From Amoebidium appalachense (lineage: Eukaryota; Protista; Ichthyosporea): a stretch of 64,000 nt of DNA. Made by a program: the position numbers and the translations under genes. Below are positions 41,788 to 54,599 of this stretch, piece after piece. Numbering within the stretch: the stretch's first letter is position 1; each line of letters begins with the position of its first letter. The DNA lies in NCBI GenBank assembly GCA_963693365.1, contig CAVNZM010000008.1, positions 10,128,672-10,192,671 of the forward strand, in the 5' to 3' direction. The notes under the pieces are model-generated. The model was not told the origin of the DNA. It made no database searches and saw only the letters and a program-made list of their open reading frames with translations.

Positions 41788-42355
41788 GGGTGGGGTGGGG
41801 TGTGTATGTGGTGTGGGTGGTGGTGGAGTGTGTGTGTGTGATGTGTGGGTGGGTGGTGTGTGTGTGTTTGGTGTATGTGTGGGTGTGTGTGTGGGTGTAG
41901 GTGTGTCTGCAACCGTCGTATGTTGTTGTGGTGGTGTGTTTCTACGTGTCTGTGCCTTCCCCCCCTTCCCCCTTTACTCGTGTGTGTCCCCCCCCCTCCC
42001 GGAAACAATGGCACAGAAACCCCCTCCGGTGTGGTTAGAACAAACACCGGGTTGGGACAAGAAACACTGAGACCATCCACTTGTGGCTGGGGAACCTCCC
42101 CCAACCACAAAACATTCACACCATTCATACCTTTGGTAGAGTCACCCCACAAGTTGAACATTCATGCCATACCACCTCGACGCTGTCTTGAGGACCCACG
42201 ACGATGCCCGGCTCCCACACGTATCGGGGCGGTGAGGGGGCAAAGGGAAGCTTAACCTGGGGTGGGGGAGGGTGAAGGTTCTCTGCAACCTGGGGGGGAC
42301 CGATACTGTCCCCCCCCCCTCCCTCAGTGACCCCAGCTTCCCCCTCCCCCGGAAC

Positions 42356-43690
42356 TCAATAGCTCTTGTAACTACGGCAATATGCAGCAGAGTGCCCTTG
42401 CCGGCCACAAAAGTAACATGCACCAAAGAAGGGGCCAGGGGGGACTTCAAAACCTTGGCGCAAAGCATAACCGGGAGCCCGGTCATGCTGGGGGGGCCCA
42501 CCGTGTGCACCACGGCCCCCCCTTCCCCCCTGCCCCCCTCGGCCTCTCTCACCACCATTTCCACCCCTCCCTCTACCCTGCCCACCACCACGAGCAAGAT
42601 AAGGGGCAAACCTCTCGGTGAACTGCTGCTGTTGTCCTCCACGTCCACCTCGGCCACGACCGCCGTGTCCACCCCGGTCGCCGCCACGGCCACCCCGGAA
42701 GCCGAAGCCCCCTCGGCCAGAGAAGACGGCCTGGGAGAGCTCGGCAACCTGCTTGACCAACATGGTGAGTGCATCTGGCTGTTCACCCTCTTTTTTCTCT
42801 TTTTCCCCCTTCGGTCCACTCTCCTTCTTTTTCTTGTCTACTTCCATCACCTCCTTTTTATCCCTCTTATTGAACTTCACCTCGTGCATGGCAAGCAAGT
42901 GGCGTTTAACATGCAACACCACCTCATCTACATCATCATGCTCCCCAAACATGCGTGCAGTGTCTGTGTTTACAGAGAGAGCCTTACGAGCAAACTCGAA
43001 TTTTTCCCTATCACTCACGTCCCCAGCTAACTCACAAAGGTCTTCAAAGACCCGATATTCCCTCTCAAAGAATGCACGAGCTTCTACGGGGGACATATCT
43101 AAAGTGGGAAAGGTATACTTCCATTCTCTGAGCTGGGCCCGGAAGGTACGGCGCCGGTCGGCCGTCAGGTATCGGCCGACGAGCCGGGCCGTATACTCGA
43201 GCTCGTTTTCCGGCCGTGTGAAGGCCTCGAGCTCCCCGTCCACGTCGTCGGTGCTGTTCTCGTCCTCGTCGTCGGGGATGAATCGTGCGGCCAGACGTTT
43301 CTGGCCGAGTGTCCGGGACACCATCTCGTCCCTCCCCTCGTCGTACTGCTGCTCGTATATACGAGCCGTCACCTGGGGGGCCTGCTCGGCCCGGTACGGG
43401 TGCTCCTCCATCAGGGTGCATAAGTCGGCCATTGTTTTGTGGTCGATGCACTGTTTGATCATTAAGCACGAGGCCGCCACAGTGGGGGCCTTCTTTGTGT
43501 CTAACACTAGTGTGGGTGTGTTAGCTAGAAGTGTCCTAAGCCACCTAGGTATTTCCGAGTCGTGTTTGAGTGTAAAACTGAAAGCTGTGGTCTGTCTAAC
43601 GTCTAGTGTATGGACCTGTGGTACCTGTGTGTGCAGGGAGCTATCCTCCGCTGCCAATGCGTAGAACATGTCTACGTTAAACTTAGCCAT
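42356..43690 (-). CDS. gag: Gypsy Gag, 444 aa
   Basis: First ORF after the 5' LTR; RGG-rich region and CYFCGRQGHSAAYC zinc knuckle. Confidence 0.9.
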   Translation of the reverse strand: MAKFNVDMFYALAAEDSSLHTQVPQVHTLDVRQTTAFSFTLKHDSEIPRWLRTLLANTPTLVLDTKKAPTVAASCLMIKQCIDHKTMADLCTLMEEHPYRAEQAPQVTARIYEQQYDEGRDEMVSRTLGQKRLAARFIPDDEDENSTDDVDGELEAFTRPENELEYTARLVGRYLTADRRRTFRAQLREWKYTFPTLDMSPVEARAFFEREYRVFEDLCELAGDVSDREKFEFARKALSVNTDTARMFGEHDDVDEVVLHVKRHLLAMHEVKFNKRDKKEVMEVDKKKKESGPKGEKEKKEGEQPDALTMLVKQVAELSQAVFSGRGGFGFRGGRGGDRGGHGGRGRGGRGGQQQQFTERFAPYLARGGGQGRGRGGNGGERGRGGQGGRGGRGAHGGPPQHDRAPGYALRQGFEVPPGPFFGACYFCGRQGHSAAYCRSYKSY

Positions 43691-43828
43691 TGTGTGGTGT
43701 TCGGGTGGTTGTGTTTATGTTTTTTTTTTTTTTTTTTTTTTCTGTGTTTGAGGTGTAGCAACAGCCCAGAAGGAACTGTCACCGCGTTACCCTAGCGCGA
43801 AAAACCGCACTAAAAGAAAGGTGTACCT

Positions 43829-44544
43829 TGTCGTATCCTAATGTATGTGTACTAGAGACGCGGCACTCTACTAAGTGTACACACACGAAAAGGAACGAAC
43901 GTGTACAGAAAAACGGCAAAGTTTATTCAGACCAGGCTCCGACGGGCAAACTTAGATCCGAACGGAATGAGTCTAAGTTACGACTGAGGCCATCAAGGCC
44001 GTGCCCTACAAGATCATCATCACCTGGCCCCCTACGATGCCACATTCCATTAACATTCCGATCTACTTTTATCGTGCGCCTGCACGAGCTAAGTCGATCT
44101 ACTCAACTAATATATTTATCCATGTCTCACCCCTCTCCCTTCCCCTAGTGGCACCGCAGAGTCTAATTCTACATTTCATACTATCTCCCTCCCCCCTCCC
44201 TCCCCCCTTTCCTCTGTCATCGAAATATATAAATACGTTTGGCAGCATACACTATCAAAACTTGCCAATATTTACAAAAGGGCTTCTGCCCGAACAATCA
44301 CATTCCTAAGTCCTCCTACGATCTATCCTACACCCTAATTAGAATTCTATTGGTCGGCTGTCCCAGCTGACGTGGTCCTGCCCTGCGCCGGCAGAGGCAA
44401 GATGATGCACGCAGCTGCACAGCTATCTTGAGGCCCCGGACTTGATCTTGATGATCTGTGGACCCGGGCCACCCCCCCCCCCCCCCCCCCCCGATCTCGA
44501 TCGTAGACTTAGACTGATCTGCTGAGACGGATTAGTATACGTCA
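43829..44544 (-). repeat. 5' LTR
   Basis: TG..CA ends, 716 bp, matches the 3' LTR. Confidence 0.95.
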
Positions 44545-47354
44545 ATGAGCACAATTAGCACGTTGCTAGTGAAGCTCGTCATTGGTACAGTTTTGGCTCA
44601 AACATATAACTATCATATATGAATATGACAGTAAACAAAAGCTCTATGCACTCGAGTGAGTGTTGAAACAATTATTCAATTGCTCAGAAATTTTCTCTAA
44701 CAGACATTGCTAGCCGGGAGTACCAGTGTACTCCAACAGGGGCATGCCCCTATATCTCTATATTTCCTAAATTCTTTTTCGTGGCCTGCAAGCTGTTGAT
44801 TGGGTCGCGGGAGCAGGTCTTCCACATGTAAGATGCTGATGTAGACGTCATGCCTGTACGTACGTACGCGTAGCTGGCGCGACGCTAGCGCTACGCACAA
44901 CGGTAGTGTCGTGGAGCTCAATATTATACCCTAAGTTGCTTCTATAAAGAAAATGAAGCCAGTAAAGGTGTTTGCATTATATGTGTGGATTTCGTCCGCA
45001 ACCTTCAAGGTTTGCCCAATTGCACGTGGCTTGCAACGAAATCTTATAGAGGGAAAACTATCTTGACCGAGGCATTTGCCAACGATACATAAATGGCCCA
45101 GCGCTGCAAATGAGGGAACATAGTATACATATACCTCTGTATACCTCGTACGTAAAGTACAAAACTCTCCCGTGTCATACGTACATCCCTACGTACATGT
45201 TGCAAACGTCTACGTATACGTATATACAGTATGGATGCGCTAGCCTGTCCGGGGCGAATCGGCCCCTACCAACCGAGGCCTGGGCATGGGAACGTGTACT
45301 GAGCGAGATCAGCCTGGAGAAAGCTAGCCGTGATAGTGGACAAATCCGACAAGAGACTGCCAGTTTCACGGCAGTCTAAGGCGTCTTTAGTTGCAAAAAA
45401 CCTCACCCATAATAGTTACATGTGGTAATGCTATAAATATTTTTATACATTTATTTTTTGTATAAAAATAATGAGCAGTTTACGCTATATAATGGGACAA
45501 CCACGAAAAGCAGGCAACAAACAAATTGGCCGCATTCGCGTTACGTACTCTGATGACCAATGATATTGGCGCCTTACACGAGCACACGAACTCGCCAATG
45601 CCGAAACGGCTTCCTTCTCCGGTTGTCTGAAATCTCTGTGCTATATGAAAACCATGTTTTCTTTTTTTGGTTTTTTCTCACGGATTTACAGAAGTCCTTT
45701 GGGGTTTATAACAGTTGTTTCCGCATGACGGTAAAGTTACGTGTGCGATTGCTTCTGGATGCTCAATAGGATAGCTTCAACACTCAATAGATGGGACCCT
45801 CAAATGGACGTGAGTGCATGCATGCATTTGGCATCTTTTGTATCAGTCTTATCAGCGATGCAAAGGTGTACTTTTTTGCCTCCCGTGCTCTTCAGTCACG
45901 TTATCCCAAGGCTGCGCAGCTGAAAAGACGGTTTACTTTATTTTCACCGGTGCTCCGCCAGTTTTCCGGATCATTTCGCGGACTTGACCTCGCTTGAGGT
46001 ATACGCCTACAGGCGCATGTAGGCCGTCGCTCTGGTCAAAACAAGTTGGGATCCCATCGACAAACTCACATGGCAAGCTCATCGCGATCTATCCCTGGAA
46101 AAAGCCGATAAAACCGACCAATCTGGATCGCTCGAAGTCTGGGAACATTTTTGTTCCCATCATCGATTGCGCTCGGATTCCTAGGGTTAATAATAGAGAT
46201 ATCGCCAAAAAAAAAAATTATATCCCTGTGATCCCCGTGGCGAGAGCTATCCAAAACTGCAACTATCATGTCCGCAGCGCGATCGCTGCCTCCTGGATCT
46301 AGAGGGGTCAATCTACGATGTCCGACACCATACTCAACTGAGAACAGCTATACCTAGCCTAGGGGTCAAGGCCTACAACGACTCATCCCAAACAATAAAG
46401 TATATACTTAACGGTAAAAAGATAAACACTAAAACTTATTTTTCTTAATGACTTATTAAGTATATTCACTGTGATAATCTCACAAAAATCCAAAAAACGG
46501 CCATCACACTGCACAGGACCCACGGTGAACTTTCGAAAGAGAATTGTTTGCCTCGCTCACTGCTTCTGTACTTCTGATTGGTTCTCTCTTTAAGCGATGT
46601 ACATTCCAGGTTGATTGCGCAACCCTCCAAGGGGGTCAGCTGCAGCTGGGGCCGAATTCGAAGGGGGACTCCGTCGTTTTTGGCCTCAATCAATATTAGT
46701 ATTTTGCAACGTTTGAAACACGAAGGCAACCGGTAAAAGAGGACAACTTACTGTAGCTGTCGTATAAATTAAAACTCGAGGAACATTACAACTATCAGGC
46801 CGCTGTTGCTGTGTCTCAACTAGTTTTGCCAGCTGAGGTGCACATGTAAATTCTGTTAGCCACTCGTGCACTGGTGCACTGTTTCTATGCACGCACACAC
46901 GTGTCTAAAGTGTCAAAAGCACTGAACGTCCGAGTACATCGCAGTTGAAGAGCGTCAGCTCGTAGACAAATATGTCACATGCAAAGCGACCCTTAGCGCC
47001 CCAGCACACATATGCGTTGGGGTGTGTCAGGTGCACTTGTCAGCTGTCATGCCTTCCGGGGGATCAGGACTCAGCAAAATGCACTTGGGACGTCAGCACA
47101 CGATAGCTGCCAGCATATGACACCGACATACAAAAAGCGATTCAGGACAGCAAACTGTCATTTCTGCACGTTTTTTTTTTTTGCGTGTGTAGTTTGCCTA
47201 CGGTTTCACTCCTTGCGTTTGTCCAACTCTCAGTCGAAAAAGGCCAGTCAGAATTTGACACCACTAAATAGGTTTTCTACCCTCAAGACTATCATTCACA
47301 CAACAAAAAGGCAAAAAAAAGACAATTTGCAAACATTGAACAGGCCATACATCC

Positions 47355-47595
47355 ATGTTTTTTTCACTCGACGTCGCAGCACAGTCCGAAAGTGGGGGCA
47401 AAGTAGGGCGCCAGGTCGCGCACGTTCTTGCCAACCAACTCGTAGACGACAGTTTTGGTGTGCAGCAACAGACCATGTGGGTGTTTCTGTTCTACGGCCT
47501 GGTGGCCGAGTGTGCTCTCCTCTACCTGTTGCTGCTGGGCCCCACACGCACCCCCATGTACTCCCTCTTCAAGCACGTGCCTCGTGAGTACCTTC

Positions 47596-47650
<55 letters not shown>

Positions 47651-47851
47651 TCCTCCTCCTCCTCCTCCTCCCCCTCTTCTCCTTCCCAGGCGCACAATTC
47701 ATGTTTGACATTGAGCCAATATATAATGATTCTCGAGCGATATTTAGTTTGAAACCCGCGGGGAGACCTTGCAGGGGAAGGAGAAAGTATATAGAAGAGG
47801 GGGGGGGGGGGGGGGGGGATATGCAACAATCAACATTAGTCAGATTGGACT

Positions 47852-47897
<46 letters not shown>

Positions 47898-48418
47898 GTG
47901 GGAGGGGGGGAGGGGGGGGGGGGGGGGGGGGGGGGAGGGGGAGGGAAGGTTCGGCTGCTACATTTTTGTTCCGAACTGTTGCATTGCTATTCCGAATTAC
48001 ATAGAAGAAAAAGAAAAAGAGAAGTGAAAAGAAAAGAAAACGGGAAAGTTTTGATGTGATAGGTGGCAAAAATCATTCTGCAGAGCTCTGTTTATGAGAA
48101 GAAACTGCTGAGTAAGAACTTTGCGGGCCACATCAATGAACTTGCAACGGTTTCTCATACCACCCTTTTCATCTTCTTCTCCCCCCTCCCCCCCCCCCCC
48201 TCTCCCCCCTAAGCTTCCCCTCATGATCCCTCCCCCCCTTTCTCCCCCTCCCCCCCCCCCCCTCCCCCCCACCCCTTCTCCCCCCCCCCCCCTCCCCCCC
48301 TCCCCCCCCCCCACCCCCACCCTTCCTTGTAGTGAGCTACCGCACACTGAGGCCCTACATGTTGACCGTCGGTGCGCTGGTGGTGCTGCTCTTTGGTGGT
48401 GAGTTGATGTGCACTTTT

Positions 48419-48451
<33 letters not shown>

Positions 48452-48831
48452 AGGTGCTCCTTCACTCCCGTGGACCCTCCCTCGTTTATCTATTTAAAAT
48501 TTGGCTTCTGAGAGCACTCGGGGGATAGGTGAGTGAGAAGGGCAGGGGGAAGGGTTGTAGGTTAGGCCAATAGGTTCGTCTGACTTGGCGGGGAGAGGGT
48601 GACCGCTATCATACTGAACCATTAAGGTTGAAAATGTGATTTATGGGCAAATTCAGGAAATGACATGTTTTTTTTTTGCGGGTCACCTGGGGAGAGGGGG
48701 GGGAGAGGGGGGGAGGGGACCTTTTTTTTTTTGGCAATATAGTTTGTACCGAGTACCTGAGTCAAGTCTTAGTGGCCGGGCCACTAACATCACACCAAGA
48801 TTCCTTTAGTTGCCAACACCGTGTATAACAA

Positions 48832-48863
<32 letters not shown>

Positions 48864-49060
48864 TTTCTCCCCCAGCTGCCATGCGTTCGATGTGGTGGGC
48901 AGCCCAGCAGTTGGACAGTTTGGACCCAAATGCCGCCTCCTACCGCGACACCTCCCAGGTTATAACCCTTCCCCCCTTCCCCCTCCCCGCCACCACCCCC
49001 CCTCAACACACACACAAACCCCCACCCCCACCCCAAACCCACCCCACCCATCCACGCCGC

Positions 49061-49133
<73 letters not shown>

Positions 49134-49361
49134 GAGAGACGGAGAGAGAGATCGAGATCGAGGGAGATTTGAGGAAACGAAGTCAACGAACAAACAAGAG
49201 GGATTATCACAACTGAACCACCAAGTATTTGCCCCATTTGCCCCACACCACACATGCACGTGGCCACTCACACCCTTTCTGTGCAGGAGCTTCGCATGCG
49301 CAAGTGGCTGGCTGAGAGGAACAGCTACCTCTCATTCTTCTGCATGTACCTCTACGGGTAT

Positions 49362-49397
<36 letters not shown>

Positions 49398-49805
49398 AAC
49401 CCAAAATGATCATACACAGACACAAAAAATAAAATAAAAGAAAGAAAGAAAAGAAAAGAATAGAAAATTGGGGGAAAAGGGATTCCCCCATATGCATGTT
49501 GTCACTTGGCGCTTCTTTAGGACGCTGGCTATGCGACCAATGGGGGCACTCCTGTGTCAACCCCATGGTCTTACCAACCCTCGATTTTACAATGTCCAAA
49601 ATACGGGTTACTCGACCAGCACACATATCCGTCGACCCCAGATACCCATACAGTGTGACAACAACAACCCCCCCCCCCCCTCCCCCCCCCCCCCCCCCCC
49701 CGTCGTCGGTTGTAATAGCTCCGCCTCCCCTCTGTCCCCCCCCCCCCCCCCCCCCAAAAAAAAAAAAAAAAAAAGAAAAAAAAGATAAAGAAAAAGAAAG
49801 TCCGA

Positions 49806-49838
<33 letters not shown>

Positions 49839-50050
49839 CTCCCGCTGCGACGCCCCTTTCCACACAACCACGCCATTTTCCCTCTTCCTTCTTCGGAATC
49901 ATTGGTTAAGGCGCGCATTTCACCTTGCAACATATGTCTATGGATAGCCTATGGTGTCGGAGTACAGATGCCGTCCGCCTCAAAACGTGGTTGCGGTGCA
50001 TATTAAAGTTTTTGCATGGCCGCTATCATACTCTTAATTGGCACGGGGCC

Positions 50051-50083
<33 letters not shown>

Positions 50084-50504
50084 GAGGGAGACATGGGAGT
50101 GGAAGGTTGGGGTGTGTGTGGAGGGGAGAGGGGGGAGTGGGGGCCGGGGGGGGAGGGGGGGTCTGAGGGGGGACGGGGGAGACATGGGGAGGGGAGGTTT
50201 GGGGTGTGTGTACACGTATTGAGGGGGAGAAGGGGGGGGGGGGGGGGGAGGGGCATGAGTATGCATGATCCAGCAAAGTTTATAGGTCAGTCCGCTATTA
50301 TGACATCCCAAAATTTGGCTGCTGTGCATATTTTTAAAAATTAACGGACTCGGCCGCTAGTGTACTCTTATTGGCGGGTATTCGTAATATTAATGGTGAA
50401 CGATATCTGTAGACCGTATTTAATTAGTATTAATTAGAGTCGGCACAGTGACTTTCCTTGAGTCGTTGCCCTTTTTCTTTCCCTTTTTGCAGCACGTCAT
50501 AACC

Positions 50505-50541
<37 letters not shown>

Positions 50542-51333
50542 TTTTTCCTTACCACACACCATAGTGCCATAGTGCTTGCGTTCAACCGTGCCGGTGAGAA
50601 ACGCGAGGAAGAGAAGAAGGCAACGGAGGTAACATCACCTTCCTACTCCCCCCCCCCCCCCCCCCCCTCCCCCCCACTACACACATGCCAGAAAATAACA
50701 TACCGGGGATGTACTAGTTTTACAACCATTAGAGCTAGGCACATTATATGATGACTGGAAGTATATAGCCTGAGCTATTTCCCCAAGCTTTGTACTGCAT
50801 TTCTTTCTTTTTGTGCGGGTTTGAGCCGTTGATATTGCACGTTCATTTTCTTTCGTCGACTGTTTAAAAGTGTCTCAAATGATTTCAGTGTTATAAAAAC
50901 AAAGGTGCGCTCGAGCTTACTCAGTCGTTTTTGTATACCCCGAGGTTATTTGAAAGATGTTTTTGAAAGGCGAATGCACCGTGGCACCAATATATTGGTA
51001 CAAATACCCACCTCTACTTTCACGTCTCCTGCCGTTGTCTTACTTAAGCCCCTGTTCCAGCAGGAGATAGCTACAGCCGAGACCACCACCACCCAGCCCA
51101 AGGAGGCAGAAAAGAGCACAGAGGAGCACACCGGCAAAGAAACAAAGTTCATGGAGGGAGCTAAGAACATCATTTTGGGCGTGGTTGAGGGGGCAAAGGA
51201 AAGCATGGGTGTGGGAGCTGAGGGGCTGCCTGCACCTGGAGAGTATGATGTGGGGGCTGGCTTGGTTCCTGGAAAGGGGGGGTCTACAGTGATGGATGAA
51301 CAGAAGGCAATGGCAATGAAGAAAGAGGAGTAG
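47355..51333 (+). CDS. BAP31/BAP29-like paralog 2; exons ~47355-47583, 48333-48398, 48876-48958, 49287-49357, 50565-50628, 51061-51333 (start uncertain)
   Basis: TMWVFLFYGLVAECALLYLLLL..RKWLAERNSYLSFFCMYLYG|AIVLAFNRA..KKEE*; same intron positions and phases as paralog 1; KKxx end. Confidence 0.8.
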
Positions 51334-51385
51334 TGTGTATTGGGACCGGTGTTTATACGTGTATGGATGACTGTATTGGGGGGAG

Positions 51386-51430
<45 letters not shown>

Positions 51431-51911
51431 GAAGGATGTATGCCGTAACATCGGAAACTCAACGAAAATTTATGGGAAAAGTTTCTTGTCGCCTGGATAT
51501 GCACACTATTGAGGTAGTCAATGAACAGGTATGTACATGGCAAGTGCAGTGTCTGACATTGCCGGCACGAGTATTTCGACCTATTTCTTTTATCACAATA
51601 AAGTATATTACGTCGTATAATGTATTGAGGGCGACAAAGATGTGTTTCATGTGAGAGGAATTAAGATGGAGGGAGGGAGGGAGGGAGGGGGAAAGGGAGT
51701 AAGAGGGACCTAGAGAAATTCGTGTGAGTTGGAAGTACATTGTGCGCACGCACGTGCAAAAGCTTTTTTGTAGTGGAGTGGGCGTCTGCTATCCACAGAT
51801 TTATTTTCAAGTGAGAAAGCAAGAGCAAGTTCTGTGTGAATCAGGAAGTCTCTGGAAAGAAGAAAGGGAACTGGTAGGGTGTGCAGGGAGGTGGGGAGGA
51901 GAAGGGTTAGT

Positions 51912-51983
<72 letters not shown>

Positions 51984-52902
51984 CCGGAGAGAGAGAGGGA
52001 GGGCGGGAGGGAGGGAGGGAGAGTGAGTTAGAGTCAGAGAGAGAGGACCGGGTGAGTGACACGAACTGACAACTGACAGTCGAGCTCACGGATGAGCCCA
52101 AACCTCGTTAGCCAAATATGGTATAAGAGTTTTCGTTGGATCGCCTTTTAGCCAATGATTATGCGTTATCAAAGATGAATCGCCGGAGATGTTGTGTTAG
52201 GTAAGCATCAACTGGATCGCAGATTTGGGAATAATTTGAACATATTGCCACAGAAAAAGCTATCTAGATATTTAAAACAGTCAATAAAACCAATAAAGTG
52301 GTAGGTTATTGCTAAAAGTATAGGAGACCTGTGTCCAGAATGAATCCTAGCATTATCCCATTGTGTAAGCACATGTGCCGAAACACCAGAATCTAATATA
52401 TGACCTTTATCCAATCATATTGCGACTCGGCTAATTCTCTTTAGGGATCCCGGGCTGGTTCCAACGAATATCCGACTCGATTCGATTGGGTCTCAAATGT
52501 CTGGCGCAAAAACTCCCAACGGACACGCCGCCTCTCCACACACAGCGAAGATTGTTCTTGCTAAAGGCTATTTCTCGTTTTTTTTTTTTCATCTTTTTCT
52601 CTGCCTTCTTTATACAAAGATGCTTGTGTGCTTAGTTAACGCTTGCAGATAACAAGCCATGTGTATGTTAAAGTGTATGACATTGAGCGTAGTGTAGCTT
52701 TTTTTTTCACGAACGGTGTTTTTGGCAACGGTTTTAGTAAGGTTGGCACCTCATCTGTCGTTAGTGCATAAGGAGCTGATATTATGCTAAAACACACGTG
52801 TACTTGTATAATAATAAGCACACAGGTGCCTATGGTTTAGGTTTCCACCAATATGAAATCTATGAACAGCGTTCTGCTATAGTTTAGGTGCAAACCGCAG
52901 CC

Positions 52903-53529
52903 ATGAAGCATGGAGGCGGGGATGAACAACATCCCTCGAAAAGGGACCCAGAGGATGGGTCCCAAAAGCACAGCCAAGAAACTTTTTATAGCCAGGAGGA
53001 AAGGTTAAGTGGGTCAAAAAGCGTGAAGGAGAGGGATAGAATCTATAGCGAGGGGCCTTCTTCCCCCGATTCGTTTAGACAGCGCTCTTCTAGACCGCCT
53101 TCAGAACCGGGGGGCAAATCAAAAGCGAAGCTTTCAGCAGCCGAGAAACAACGACTATATCGCGAACGAAAACAAGACAAAATTGAGCAAGACAAAAAAG
53201 AACTTCAAGAGCTCCGTTCCAGAAACCTAAAACTAGAGCTTGAAAACGAGCACCTCAAACGGCAACAAGAGCAGCTAAAACGAGAACTCGAGCAGTCACG
53301 ACAACAAACAGCGGGTATGCCGTGGTCTATGTATGGCCCGCCCTTCCCTCCGGGTATGCACATACGCCCAACCATACCACTTATGCCACCACCGGGTGGG
53401 ATGCCCTTGTTTTATCACCCGGGAGGAGGAGGGTTTTTGATGCAACCACCACCACATCCATCCGGTTTAATCCAACCACACCCAGGCACACCACTGCAAC
53501 CACCAGACATGCACGGCGAAGGTCAGTGA
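52903..53529 (+). CDS. bZIP-like protein with Pro-rich C-terminus
   Basis: Basic region SAAEKQRLYRERK followed by Leu heptads (LQELRSRNLKLELENEHLKRQQEQL). Confidence 0.7.
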   Translation: MKHGGGDEQHPSKRDPEDGSQKHSQETFYSQEERLSGSKSVKERDRIYSEGPSSPDSFRQRSSRPPSEPGGKSKAKLSAAEKQRLYRERKQDKIEQDKKELQELRSRNLKLELENEHLKRQQEQLKRELEQSRQQTAGMPWSMYGPPFPPGMHIRPTIPLMPPPGGMPLFYHPGGGGFLMQPPPHPSGLIQPHPGTPLQPPDMHGEGQ

Positions 53530-54566
53530 TTCCCGCTTCCCGTTGTTTGCATGCTATTCAGGCTGCTTATTTTTGTGTTTTCACCTTCCTTTTTTCCGGA
53601 TGTTTTTTGTGGTGGGAACGGTGTATATCATCACTACTGCTGTAGGTATGAAAGGGGTCAATTTTTTCACAGTTTCGTGTGCTTTTACGTGCCTTTTTAT
53701 CTTTCCCAGCCTTGCCTCGTCTGGTTTTGTGTAAATGTTTCAGACCTTTCAGATTAGAATCGTGGTATAACCTACCAGAGGAACTCTTTTCAACTTTTGC
53801 ACTGTTGCTTCTGCAAAGAAAACTACAGATATCAGATACAAAACTGTGTGAACATGTGTAAAAGAAACGGGTTATCTTTACAGAAGGTAGCAGACTGTTA
53901 GTGCCGATCACCTGCTTGGGTTTCTGCATTGCCTGCATCTGCACTGTCTTGAGCGCTCTCTCCACCTTTCTAGGAAGATGTGCACCCCAAGGAAGCTCAG
54001 CAATCTCTTTCCCTCAAATCCCCCAACCGGCTTGTGTTTTGCAAGCCATGCAAACTTTGCACCGATTCCTACCGTCATACTCTCAGTTGTGTTTAAAACC
54101 GGCCTATGCATTGTTGCGCATCTTGGCTGTCTTTGCACAATTGCACAGATTTTCTAAGTGGTGAACCTTTGCCCTGATGCTCGCTGGGTCTGATGGTTTG
54201 TTGCCTATGCCAGGTGTTTGTCCTTTTAACACTCTGGTTATGGCTATGTTTTAAACAATGTGCCCCGGCATGATCATCTGTCTACCTACACACATGCATG
54301 ACCCTCTTGTTGCTTATGCGACTGTCTGCTGTTGTTGCATGTGGGGGATGATGGTTGGTAGCATTGCATGCAAAAGCATAAGAGTGCTGGGCTTGCTTGT
54401 AGACTGTTGATGTGGTTCCATATCTGAATATACACTGAGGGAAAGCAGAACGCACAGTTAGATGCTGGCAAAAGAGAAACCGTCCGTGTTTGCATTTTTC
54501 TTGTTTTCTTTCTTTTTTTTTTTTTTTTTGCCAAAGCAACAAGCAAGATTCATCATCAAACCCCCC

Positions 54567-54599
<33 letters not shown>

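Larger units (their letters stand above)
36208..44544 (-). mobile_element. Ty3/Gypsy LTR retrotransposon with chromodomain (chromovirus-like), full length
   Basis: TG..CA LTRs, 5-bp TSD ATGAG (36203-36207 and 44545-44549), PPT at 36926-36936, order gag-PR-RT-RH-IN-chromo. Confidence 0.97.
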
